A stretch of 36,316 nucleotides of DNA from Candidatus Hadarchaeota archaeon. GTDB lineage: Archaea; Hadarchaeota; Hadarchaeia; Hadarchaeales; Hadarchaeaceae. Positions 8,291 to 16,748 of this stretch are shown one piece after another. The position numbers were made by a program, and so were the translations under genes. The DNA is taken from NCBI GenBank assembly GCA_040755315.1, contig JBFMBF010000012.1, positions 1 through 36,316 on the forward strand, given 5' to 3'. Under the pieces are notes generated by a model that saw only the letters and a list, made by a program, of their open reading frames with translations, ran no database searches and was not told the DNA's origin. Each line of letters opens with the position of its first letter. The first letter of the stretch is position 1.

Positions 8291-9085
8291 TTAAAGCCTC
8301 TCCCGGGCTACTTCGGCGAACTCTGTTTTAGTAACCAGACCGACCAGCTCCCCCTCGAGGTTCACCACCGGGAGCCCAGAAAACCTTTTTTCCAGCATGA
8401 GTCTCGCGACATCACAAAGTTTCTCATCAGTGCGCGTGGTCACGGGGGGCTGGGCCATGACATCCCCCACAAGGAGGTTGCGGATGCGCTCGCTCTTGAA
8501 CCTGTCCGGGACGACATCCTGAAAGTCGACCAGCCTCATGGCGACGTCCCTCATTGTAATAACGCCGACGAGCTCCCGGCTGTCCATCACAGGCAGGAGC
8601 AGCAGGTCCTCCTCAAGGAGGAGCTTGCGCGCGTGTATGAGCCTGTCCTGTGGGGAGACTGTAGTTGGGTTGGCCTGCATGACCTCCCCGACGTAGATGT
8701 CCTCGTAACCGGCGCAGATTTTTGCAAAGTCCAACTTTGTGACCACTCCCACCAAGGCTCCCTCCCGAACGACAGGCAGGCCGCTTATGTCCCTTTCAAG
8801 CATGAGCTCGGCAGCCCTCTTCGCGGTGACATCAGGCTCCACCGTGACCGGGTTGGCCGTCATCAGGTTGGAGACATGGAGCCTCCCGGGAGGAAGGCGG
8901 TAGGCGTGAAGCGACCCCATCTCCCTTGCTATGTCCTTCTCAGTCAGAACGCCGACTATCTTCCCGACGTGAGTGGCAACAAGACGCGAAACCTCTTGTT
9001 TTTTCATGAGGTCAACCGCGACGATTAGCTCGACATCCTTGTCGACGGTCACCGCTGGAGAACTCATTATCTGGCTAACCCTCAT
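8291..9085 (-). CDS. CBS-domain protein (4 CBS)
   Basis: Repeated ISGLPVV...LVGVVTKLD-type CBS motifs. Confidence 0.9.
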   Translation of the reverse strand: MRVSQIMSSPAVTVDKDVELIVAVDLMKKQEVSRLVATHVGKIVGVLTEKDIAREMGSLHAYRLPPGRLHVSNLMTANPVTVEPDVTAKRAAELMLERDISGLPVVREGALVGVVTKLDFAKICAGYEDIYVGEVMQANPTTVSPQDRLIHARKLLLEEDLLLLPVMDSRELVGVITMRDVAMRLVDFQDVVPDRFKSERIRNLLVGDVMAQPPVTTRTDEKLCDVARLMLEKRFSGLPVVNLEGELVGLVTKTEFAEVARERL

Positions 9086-9950
9086 GGTACAACCTGCCTA
9101 TTTCCTTAACAAAGTCTGTCTTGGTCAAAATGCCGGCTAGTTTTTCATTCTCGACGACCGGGAGCCCGCTTATGCCGTGCTTGAGCATGAGTCCCGCCGC
9201 CTCGGCAGAGTCCGACTCCGGCAGAACTGTGATTATGTCCGAGTGCATTATGTCCTCCGCCGTCAGCAAAGCAACCTGCTTAACATACCTGGCCATCGGC
9301 CTGGAGGCCCTTTCCAGCTTTCTGGTGTACCTGACCTCGCGCTCCTTCATGCCCCGACCAGGCTCCTCCATCCTGGCAAACCCAACGTCGCTCTCGGAGA
9401 TTATTCCAATCGGCCTTTCCCCAACCACTACCACGACCCTCGCCACGCCGAACTCCTCCATAAGTTCCACCACGCGGGCGATGCTGTGGCCCCTGTTGAC
9501 CACAACAGGATTCTTTGTCATCAGTTCATCCACCCTGGACTTGCCGCGCAGCTGCCCGGCAAAGTGCCGCGTAAGGTCTGTTTTTGTGAGCATCCCCGCG
9601 ACCTCTCCATCCTCAAGGACCACAAGGCTACTTATGCCGTGGTGCAGCATCAGACGCGCGGCGTTGCCCAACTCCGTCCCCATTGAAACTGTGACCAAGC
9701 CCTTGTGCATCACCCGGCTGATGGGAATCTGGTCTATCTGCCTTCTCCTCCACTCTGGGGCGCCCCTGCTGAGGTGCTCCGCCACATCATGCATGGAAAG
9801 CATCCCCACGGGTTTGCCCTTCTCCATGACCACCAGTCGCCCGACCCCGTGGCGCAGCATCAGGTTCTTGGCGCGGGCAACCGTGTCAGTCGGCCTAACG
9901 GCGATTACTGGACTGCTCATCGCGCTTTCGACCTTGATTTCCGACTTCAA
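9075..9950 (-). CDS. CBS-domain protein (4 CBS)
   Basis: CBS motifs; TTG 9950 overlaps the upstream TGA and has a GAGGT RBS. Confidence 0.88.
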   Translation of the reverse strand: MKSEIKVESAMSSPVIAVRPTDTVARAKNLMLRHGVGRLVVMEKGKPVGMLSMHDVAEHLSRGAPEWRRRQIDQIPISRVMHKGLVTVSMGTELGNAARLMLHHGISSLVVLEDGEVAGMLTKTDLTRHFAGQLRGKSRVDELMTKNPVVVNRGHSIARVVELMEEFGVARVVVVVGERPIGIISESDVGFARMEEPGRGMKEREVRYTRKLERASRPMARYVKQVALLTAEDIMHSDIITVLPESDSAEAAGLMLKHGISGLPVVENEKLAGILTKTDFVKEIGRLYHEG

Positions 9951-10846
9951 ACCAACAACCTCAAAAGATCGCGCTCGGTTATTATCCCTAAGAGTTCCCT
10001 CCCCGAGACCACCGGCATCCCCCCGCAACCCTTTTCTTTCATGAGCGCCGCTGCCTCCCCGACATCCGCGTCCGGAGAGACGCTTATAACTTCCTTGGTC
10101 ATTATTTCCTGTACTTGGCCTCCAAAAATTCCTCCCTCAGGGTTTGACCGCATCCTCTCAAAGGCCCTCCCAGAAGCAAAATACCTCAAGATGTCCACTG
10201 TTGTCACTATCCCAACCAGTTCCCGGCCACGAACCACGGGGAGTCTTCTCACTCCACGTGAGACAATCCTCTTTGCCGCCTCATTTATAGAAAGCTCCGG
10301 CTCGGCCGTGACCAAGTGCCTGACCATGTAATAGCTCACTGCCGTCCCTGCCGTGGGCGGGACGAAAGAGATGAAGTCCCTGTCGGATATTATTCCCTCT
10401 ACCTGCCCTTGACGGTCCAAAATCGGTGCCCCGCCAAAGCCGGTCTGCAAGAGCAACCTGGCTGCCTCCTCCATCGACATTGTAACCTCCCCGTGGGGAA
10501 AATCCCTGACCATGATTATATTAACCGGCTCGTTCACGGCGGCGTGGAAGTTATCCTTGAATTTGGCTCTGATTATCATGTTCTTTTCGCCCCCGCCTAG
10601 AAAGTCGACTATTTCCCTAGACCTCACCATCCCTTCAATCCTTTTTGTCCCTGGCCGGATTATGGGGAGCCGTCTAACCTGGTGTTTGACCATGAGCTCC
10701 GCAGCGGCCTTTATTGGAGTTGTTGGCGGAGCAGTGAAAACTGACTTTCTTGCTATCGCCATGATGTCTCCCTCCTTCTTGTGGACGTGCGACTTGAATG
10801 ATAGCGGACCCCTGTCGTGCGACTGGTAGTGCAAAGCTCTCTTCAA
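9947..10846 (-). CDS. CBS-domain protein (4 CBS)
   Basis: VRRLPII, VRRLPVV, GIITERD motifs; TTG 10846 follows GGGTGA. Confidence 0.88.
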   Translation of the reverse strand: MKRALHYQSHDRGPLSFKSHVHKKEGDIMAIARKSVFTAPPTTPIKAAAELMVKHQVRRLPIIRPGTKRIEGMVRSREIVDFLGGGEKNMIIRAKFKDNFHAAVNEPVNIIMVRDFPHGEVTMSMEEAARLLLQTGFGGAPILDRQGQVEGIISDRDFISFVPPTAGTAVSYYMVRHLVTAEPELSINEAAKRIVSRGVRRLPVVRGRELVGIVTTVDILRYFASGRAFERMRSNPEGGIFGGQVQEIMTKEVISVSPDADVGEAAALMKEKGCGGMPVVSGRELLGIITERDLLRLLV

Positions 10847-10850
10847 CTCA

Positions 10851-11663
10851 TCACCCGCACGCTGCCGCCACGACATCATACCTAGTTATGATTCCCACTA
10901 GGTCGTCATTTTCCACAACTGGCATCCGCCCTATGTTTTTCCGGACCATTACATCAACCGCTTCCACAACTGGCGCCTTGGGAGATATTTTCAGCGCGGG
11001 GGTGCGCATGATTGTTTTTACCTTCGGGGAGGCCCGTCCCTTGCGAGACTCCTCGGATATCCTCGCCGTCCCCGTTCCTATTATGTCCGAGCGGGAAATT
11101 ATCCCGACGACCCTTTTCACGCGCCTTGCTCGGTCGTAGCTGACAACAGGGATCCCCGAGTACCTGGCCTGCTCCATCTGTTCCCAGACCTGGCGGACAT
11201 CGTCTTCTCCTGAGCAGGACACAACTTCTTTTGTCATTACAGATTCAACCAGAAGCTTCGGAGAGAACTTGCTGGAAATCTTGCGCAGGACATCCTCCAT
11301 TTTGACCAGCCCCACGACCGTCCTGTCTGTTTGATTTTGAAGCACTGGCATGTCATTGACATCCAGCTCGGCCATCTGCCTCGCAAGCTCTGACAATGGC
11401 ATCCCCGGCGTTACCAGCAGCCGGGTTGGGAACATCACACCTGAAACCGGAATGTTGGAGCGGGTTGAGGTGACCTGCATAACTTCCCGCGGGGTCAATA
11501 CCCCTTCCAGCCTCCCGCCGTCAACAACAGGAAGGGTCCGGAGCCCATTCTCACGCATCATTGCCCTGGCCGTCGTCACCGGCTCTCGGGAGCTGATGAA
11601 CACTGTGCAGGGCTTCATCACGTCGCTGACGCGGAGCCCCGCCAGCATGTCCCTACATGACAT
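10851..11663 (-). CDS. CBS-domain protein (4 CBS)
   Basis: LRTLPVV, YSGIPVV, IGRMPVV motifs; ATG 11663 follows GAGGA. Confidence 0.88.
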   Translation of the reverse strand: MSCRDMLAGLRVSDVMKPCTVFISSREPVTTARAMMRENGLRTLPVVDGGRLEGVLTPREVMQVTSTRSNIPVSGVMFPTRLLVTPGMPLSELARQMAELDVNDMPVLQNQTDRTVVGLVKMEDVLRKISSKFSPKLLVESVMTKEVVSCSGEDDVRQVWEQMEQARYSGIPVVSYDRARRVKRVVGIISRSDIIGTGTARISEESRKGRASPKVKTIMRTPALKISPKAPVVEAVDVMVRKNIGRMPVVENDDLVGIITRYDVVAAACG

Positions 11664-11671
11664 TTTATCCT

Positions 11672-12202
11672 CTACTCGCCAGAAGTATCGCGGCAGTTCT
11701 CGCAGACCCACATCCCATTTACTTCGTAAAGGGCGTTTGTGACCTCGCCGCAGGACTCGCAGACGCTTTCTTCTATTTCTTCCTTCATCGGCTCGTTTGG
11801 TCGGGATGCCGCCTCAAGTATGTCCGGGGATATCGCGGTTATGTCGGCGGAAGTTATGATGCCGATCAGTTTTCCATTTTCCACGACTGGGAGGCGCCTT
11901 ATCTTGTTTTTTGACATGATTTTCGCGGCCTCCGTGACATCGGTGTCTGGAGTTATCGTCATTATCGGAGAAGACATCACCTTCTCAACGAGAACCTTGC
12001 TGGGTCTCAGATCTTCGCTCACCACCTTCTCCAGAACATCCCTCTCTGTCAGAATCCCCACGGGCGTCTTTCCTTTCAAAACAACTATGCTCCCGACGCT
12101 GCGGCTCGCCATCAACTTTGCGGCTTTCGCCACTGTAGTCGCTGTGGTTGCTACGAGAACTTTTGCGGACATTGCCTCTTTTACCGAAACTATTTTTTTC
12201 AT
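11672..12202 (-). CDS. CBS-pair protein with C-terminal zinc ribbon
   Basis: Two CBS motifs plus CESC...CENC; start at ATG 12202 or GTG 12229. Confidence 0.9.
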   Translation of the reverse strand: MKKIVSVKEAMSAKVLVATTATTVAKAAKLMASRSVGSIVVLKGKTPVGILTERDVLEKVVSEDLRPSKVLVEKVMSSPIMTITPDTDVTEAAKIMSKNKIRRLPVVENGKLIGIITSADITAISPDILEAASRPNEPMKEEIEESVCESCGEVTNALYEVNGMWVCENCRDTSGE

Positions 12203-12268
12203 TTCCACCAATCGTGAATATTGCGGCACTATTTAATATATTCGCGTGGTTGACTTTCTGGGGATTGC

Positions 12269-12979
12269 TTGAGCGTTGAAGACTGGAAAATCGCTGCTGC
12301 CGAAGCTGCCGCCAAACTTGTGAGGGCGGGGACAGTAGTGGGGCTGGGATCAGGAACCACTGTTGCCGAGGTTGTCGGGGCCATCGCTAGGCTCAGGCCT
12401 AAAGCAACATTCGTGCCGGCCTCGTCATCTACTGAGAAGCTGGCCAAGAAGCTGGGGCTGAAGTTGGACTCTCTGAACAACCACGACAAACTGGACTTGG
12501 CGATTGACGGCGCCGACGAGGTGGACCCCAAGTTCAACATGATAAAGGGCCACGGAGGGGCGCACACTCGGGAGAAACTTGTGGCGGCTGCGGCCAAACG
12601 ACTTGTAATCGTTGTAGATTCAACCAAGCTGGTCCTGAGGATTGGCGAACGTTCGCCAGTGCCTGTTGAGGTTCTGCCGTTTGCCGTTGGTTACGCCGAA
12701 AGGGAGCTCTTGGCGCTTGGCGGACACCCAAAGCTGCGGGCGGTGGCCGGACAAAAGCCGTTCGTTACTGATAACGGGAATTACATTCTTGACGTGAAGT
12801 TCCACAGGATTTCCGACCCGGAGAAGCTTGAGCTGGAGATAAACAAAATTTTGGGTGTGGTGGAAAACGGAATTTTTGTTGGAATGGCGGATGAAGTTCT
12901 GGTGGGACACGAGGGTGGCTGCGCGAGGCTGAAGTCGAGACGGGATTTCCTACAGTTCATGCGGAAGACTAAAGCTTAA
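12269..12979 (+). CDS. rpiA: Ribose-5-phosphate isomerase A
   Basis: GLGSGTT, DGADEVD, IKGHGGAHTREK, TDNGN, GVVENGIF. Confidence 0.96.
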   Translation: MSVEDWKIAAAEAAAKLVRAGTVVGLGSGTTVAEVVGAIARLRPKATFVPASSSTEKLAKKLGLKLDSLNNHDKLDLAIDGADEVDPKFNMIKGHGGAHTREKLVAAAAKRLVIVVDSTKLVLRIGERSPVPVEVLPFAVGYAERELLALGGHPKLRAVAGQKPFVTDNGNYILDVKFHRISDPEKLELEINKILGVVENGIFVGMADEVLVGHEGGCARLKSRRDFLQFMRKTKA

Positions 12980-13003
12980 AGTTGGCAATTTGAGTTCTAA
13001 TTG

Positions 13004-13154
13004 GCCGGGGTGGCCCAGCTGGCTAGGGCGCCAGACTCATAGCCTCGTCGTCGGCTGTGAGTGCTGATTCACGAGATGATGTGAGAAATCTGGAGACCGC
13101 GGGTTCGAGTCCCGCCCCACTGTTGGGGTTCCCCCTACAGGGCGAACGGCACCA
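13004..13154 (+). tRNA. tRNA-Met(CAT), elongator type, with introns at 37/38 (13042-13087, 46 nt) and 68/69 (13119-13146, 28 nt)
   Basis: GCCGGGG pairs with CCC^CGGC-ACCA only after removal of the second intron; both introns have exact 3-4-3 BHB motifs. Confidence 0.9.
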
Positions 13155-13888
13155 CTGAACCTGGAAGAAATCCTGGTTGCCACCCGCTGCCACCATTCTC
13201 CTTCAAAATCAGTAAATAACACGTGGATGTTCATACAGCCAAACAGTTCTATTGCATCACGAGTAATGATTCTCTTGGACAATAGCTCAGAATGCAAAAT
13301 TACAATGCATTTTGCACCTAATTTTTTGTTCGCCACATGACATTGATAAAGCAACTTCCCAATTATGCGGTGTCTATTCTGTAACCTGCGGTCGGAATCT
13401 GGACAACAAGGCAAAATTTTAGTAACATGAAACGAGTACAAAATCCCGTCTTTGGCCATGACTAAATCACCCATACCATTATTACATGTGACTCTTTCCG
13501 GATATTCTTTGAATTCGTGCTTTGCTAGTTCGCAAAAAAGTAATCGCCCATCTAAATCTTCTATTGTTTCTGCTGAAGACAGCCCAAATTCAGATGGGTC
13601 AAACACCACATTTACTTTTCGATTTCTTTTTTCTGGAGTCAAAACATTATTTGGCATGTATTTTGTTACAGCTAGGTTTATGCCATATCTATTATCTGAA
13701 TACAATTTATTTCCAAAAGCACCTGTATGTATCTCTGCTTTTGAAATGTTTCTGTCAAATTTAGCTATTACAGTTATGTTTTTGCTTTCGCATTTTTCTA
13801 AAAGGGACTTGCAACTGAATGAAAGAACAACCGTTTTGTTATTGCTCATGAGACGAATTCTGCCATTGCGGATTGTCAATTGCCCCAA
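13037..13888 (-). CDS. AT-rich orphan, possibly PD-(D/E)XK restriction-endonuclease-like
   Basis: GDLVMAKDGILYSFHVTK and IIGKLLYQ resemble PD-(D/E)XK elements; TTG start after GGGGGATGA; 3' end reads antisense into tRNA-Met. Confidence 0.55.
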   Translation of the reverse strand: MGQLTIRNGRIRLMSNNKTVVLSFSCKSLLEKCESKNITVIAKFDRNISKAEIHTGAFGNKLYSDNRYGINLAVTKYMPNNVLTPEKRNRKVNVVFDPSEFGLSSAETIEDLDGRLLFCELAKHEFKEYPERVTCNNGMGDLVMAKDGILYSFHVTKILPCCPDSDRRLQNRHRIIGKLLYQCHVANKKLGAKCIVILHSELLSKRIITRDAIELFGCMNIHVLFTDFEGEWWQRVATRISSRFSGAVRPVGGTPTVGRDSNPRSPDFSHHLVNQHSQPTTRL

Positions 13889-14085
13889 GTCATCCCCCTT
13901 ACTGAATTTTAGAGACGAATTTAAGCGAATTTTGGGGAGAGAGGTCAGCGAAAGTAAAAGCGAAGGCGTGGCCGTGGGCGGCGTCAGACAGGCGATTTGA
14001 GGCGGTTATTTGGCACTTTTTCACGACATTTCGGGCGGCGGCGAAAGTATTACAATAAAATTATTCCGTCCCGCCCCCGGCACTA
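13155..14085. mobile_element. tRNA-Met-anchored islet remnant (no integrase)
   Basis: AT-rich cargo between the tRNA 3' end and a repeat of that end. Confidence 0.6.
14068..14085 (+). repeat. att-like copy of the spliced tRNA-Met 3' end
   Basis: GTCCCGCCCCCGGCACTA vs mature GTCCCGCCCCCGGCACCA (17/18). Confidence 0.85.
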
Positions 14086-15186
14086 CTTTCTCGGCAATAT
14101 TTTCCACATGACTGGGATGGAAACGAGCCCCACGAAAGAAAAAATCAAAAAAACTGCGGCCGGGCTGAAGGCGTCCGCAAGCGGACCGCCTATCCCTGAA
14201 AATACGCCCCAACCAATCATCGCCACCATGTTGAAGATGCCCATCAACAGGCCAAGATTACCCTCTCCGCCTTTTGATATCATGCAGACCACCGCAGGGT
14301 AAACCAGTGCCTCAGAAATTGAAAGGAAAATAACGAAAACTGCAATGAAGAAATAACCTGTGACCAGCGATATGCCTGCCGATGCTGCCGAAGCGATAAA
14401 TATTCCTAAAAGAATAATCGGCCTGTGCCCAACCCTGTCAGATATTTTCCCAAATGGAGAAAACAGCAGGGCCCTAACCAGGGTGTAGATTGCAACCAAG
14501 GCACCTACCAAAAACTCGGGCATGCCTAAAGATTTTGTCGCGTAAACGGGAAGGAGAGTGAAGAGGAGCGCCACGAACCCGACGTACATCACAGTGGGTA
14601 AAAATGTGGGGATGATTGGCCTCAAATCAACCTTCTTTTTAATCTGTTTGGGTTTTGGAAAAGAAATCGTGGTAACGATTGCAGTGGCCGCAAAAGCGAT
14701 GCAACCACTGATGAGAAAAGCTGCCCTCGCCCCAACCGAGGTGTATAGCAATCCCCCGACTATCGGACCTATCCCAATGCCTGACGCCCAAAATGTTGCA
14801 TACGAACCCATCGCTGCTCCCCTTTTCTCTGCAGAGGAAAAATCGGCCACGGCGCTCTGGGTGGTAACCCACACGGGTGTCTCGGCGGCGCCCTGGGCAA
14901 GCCTCAGGACCAGGAGCCACACAACCGAGCTGGACAGGGGATACAGAAGAAAGATGAAAGCTGCTGAAAGAAATCCTCCGACTATGAAAGATTTTCTCCC
15001 CTTCCTGTCGCCGATTCTTCCAACAGGCACGGAAAGGGCGGCGTTGAAAACCACGTAGGCGACGCCGAGCAAGCCGATTTCGGTGTAACTTGCCCCGAGG
15101 TCTATCGCCGCATAGAGAGGGATAACAATCGCCAGTATCCCCACGGAGAGGGATATCACGAATGTCGAGATCAGCAGGCGGCGCAT
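14083..15186 (-). CDS. MFS transporter
   Basis: About 12 hydrophobic helices; motif A GRIGDRKGRK and GKISDRVGHR; start ATG 15186. Confidence 0.92.
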   Translation of the reverse strand: MRRLLISTFVISLSVGILAIVIPLYAAIDLGASYTEIGLLGVAYVVFNAALSVPVGRIGDRKGRKSFIVGGFLSAAFIFLLYPLSSSVVWLLVLRLAQGAAETPVWVTTQSAVADFSSAEKRGAAMGSYATFWASGIGIGPIVGGLLYTSVGARAAFLISGCIAFAATAIVTTISFPKPKQIKKKVDLRPIIPTFLPTVMYVGFVALLFTLLPVYATKSLGMPEFLVGALVAIYTLVRALLFSPFGKISDRVGHRPIILLGIFIASAASAGISLVTGYFFIAVFVIFLSISEALVYPAVVCMISKGGEGNLGLLMGIFNMVAMIGWGVFSGIGGPLADAFSPAAVFLIFSFVGLVSIPVMWKILPRK

Positions 15187-15227
15187 ATTGGAAAATATAT
15201 TGAAGGTGTTAAATAGGCTCGAGTGAA

Positions 15228-15914
15228 ATGGGTATGATGCTGAAGCTTCCAATAGTGGTTTTGAACCTGAAGACATACAAGGAGGCCACCGGCGAAAGGG
15301 CCCTGGAGCTGTGCAAGCTTGTGGAAGATGTTGTCGCAGATTACGGCACAAGCGTTGCCGTTTGTCCCCAGCATGCAGACATCTACAGGATTGCAAGCAA
15401 GGTAAAAATCCCGGTCCTAGCGCAGCATGTCGACCCTGTGACGCCGGGGAAGAACACGGGATGGGTCACCCCGGAAGCTGTCAAGGCGGCCGGGGCGGTC
15501 GGAACACTTCTGAACCACGCGGAGCACAAGATTCCAATTGAGCAGATGAAGAAGACTCTTGAGCTGATCAGGCCGCTGGGGTTTTCTTCAATAGTCTGCA
15601 CAGCCGACATCGAGGAAAGCAAGGGGGCGGCGGCTCTCGGCCCGGACATGATTGCCGTCGAGCCCCCAGAGTTGATTGGCAGCGGAGTGTCGGTGTCGAA
15701 GGCGAAGCCTGAGGTGGTCAGCGGTTCTGTCGACGCCATCAAGAGGGTGAACCCGAAAGTGGAGGTCCTGTGCGGTGCCGGAATCACGACCGGGGACGAC
15801 ATCATCAAGGCGATACAGCTCGGGACAAAAGGGGTGCTGCTGGCCTCGGGCATTGTGCTCGCGAAGGACCAGCGGGCGGCAATTGAGGACATGGTCAGGG
15901 CACTCCCAAGATAA
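15228..15914 (+). CDS. tpiA: Triosephosphate isomerase (archaeal type)
   Basis: NLKTY, AQHVD, LNHAE, AVEPPELIG, CGAGI, GVLLASG. Confidence 0.96.
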   Translation: MGMMLKLPIVVLNLKTYKEATGERALELCKLVEDVVADYGTSVAVCPQHADIYRIASKVKIPVLAQHVDPVTPGKNTGWVTPEAVKAAGAVGTLLNHAEHKIPIEQMKKTLELIRPLGFSSIVCTADIEESKGAAALGPDMIAVEPPELIGSGVSVSKAKPEVVSGSVDAIKRVNPKVEVLCGAGITTGDDIIKAIQLGTKGVLLASGIVLAKDQRAAIEDMVRALPR

Positions 15915-15947
15915 AATTAAATGCGGACCTGTTAACTAATGTATGGT

Positions 15948-16053
15948 GCCCCGGTAGCTCAGCTTGGCGGAGCGACTGAAGGCAGCTGTCGAAACTTGTA
16001 GCCAAGCGCAAGAAATCAGTAGGTCGTGGGTTCAATTCCCACCCGGGGCTCCA
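15948..16053 (+). tRNA. tRNA-Thr(TGT) with introns at 30/31 (15979-15993, 15 nt) and 37/38 (16001-16014, 14 nt)
   Basis: GCCCCGG/CCGGGGC-T-CCA; spliced anticodon arm ACTGA-CTTGTAA-TCAGT; two BHB motifs; U73 discriminator. Confidence 0.92.
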
Positions 16054-16141
16054 CTCGGTTTTTGCGCTTTCGCTCCGGAACCGCCAGCGGTCCACCAAAA
16101 GATTTATAGTTTACCTGGTATACCAGTTATACTGTGGACGC

Positions 16142-16366
16142 ATGGCGGCAACAACGATAAAAATCCATTCTGACACGGCAAGCACCCTCCGGAAGTTGGG
16201 CGATAAAGGAATGACTTACGATGAGATAATAAACGAAGTTGTGTCCGGCTATCTGGCTTTCGTCGACGAGCTTTACCAGCGGGCCAACGAGCCAGTCGTG
16301 GGGAGGCCACTCCGGGAGGTAATGGATGAGCTTGAAAGTGACACTTCACCCCGACGCCGAAGATGA
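16142..16366 (+). CDS. RHH-type antitoxin
   Basis: TTIKIHSDT...LGDKGMTYDEII pattern; overlaps the downstream toxin. Confidence 0.75.
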   Translation: MAATTIKIHSDTASTLRKLGDKGMTYDEIINEVVSGYLAFVDELYQRANEPVVGRPLREVMDELESDTSPRRRR

Positions 16367-16661
16367 TTTAAGACGCATATTCAAAAAAGACCGCGAAAAT
16401 TATCGCAGGATTGCAAACGCGCTCGAGAGGTATGCGGAGACTGGCGTGGGTGATGTTCGAGTGGTCGTGGGCGCCAAAAAACCGGGCGAGCGACCGCTTC
16501 TCGCGCTAGTGGTTGGTAAAAGATGGTGGAGGGTTTTTTTCAGCATTGCGGACGAGACAATATACGTGGTCCACATAGAGCGACGCCCAGCGGCCTACCA
16601 ACCGTGGATTGTTGACGCCGCACGTCGCAGGTTAAAACATTATGGTGTGGACGCGCCGTAA
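16326..16661 (+). CDS. RelE/ParE-family toxin
   Basis: KVTLHPDAEDDL...WRVFFSIADETIYVVHIERRPAAY. Confidence 0.8.
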   Translation: MSLKVTLHPDAEDDLRRIFKKDRENYRRIANALERYAETGVGDVRVVVGAKKPGERPLLALVVGKRWWRVFFSIADETIYVVHIERRPAAYQPWIVDAARRRLKHYGVDAP

Positions 16662-16748
16662 CGTAGAACATGGTTAACTCTCACAAGCCATTGCCTCATT
16701 CTACGGGACTTTACCACCAGCGGATCTACCCTTAAGTTTTGGTGCTGA

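Noticed and set aside
13042..13087. C/D guide RNA inside the canonical tRNA-Met intron
   Set aside because: CTGA and TGATGT are present but in reversed order, imperfect and within a simple hairpin
13004..14085. tRNA-Met as a truncated pseudogene, or split by a ~950-nt intron ending at 14068
   Set aside because: The local 28-nt BHB intron restores a perfect acceptor stem with CCA; no BHB or group I core joins 13118 to the distal copy
15187..15396. N-terminal extension of the MFS ORF (likewise 5740-5799 and the CBS ORF extensions)
   Set aside because: They overlap neighbouring genes or promoters; downstream starts fit the family domain boundaries
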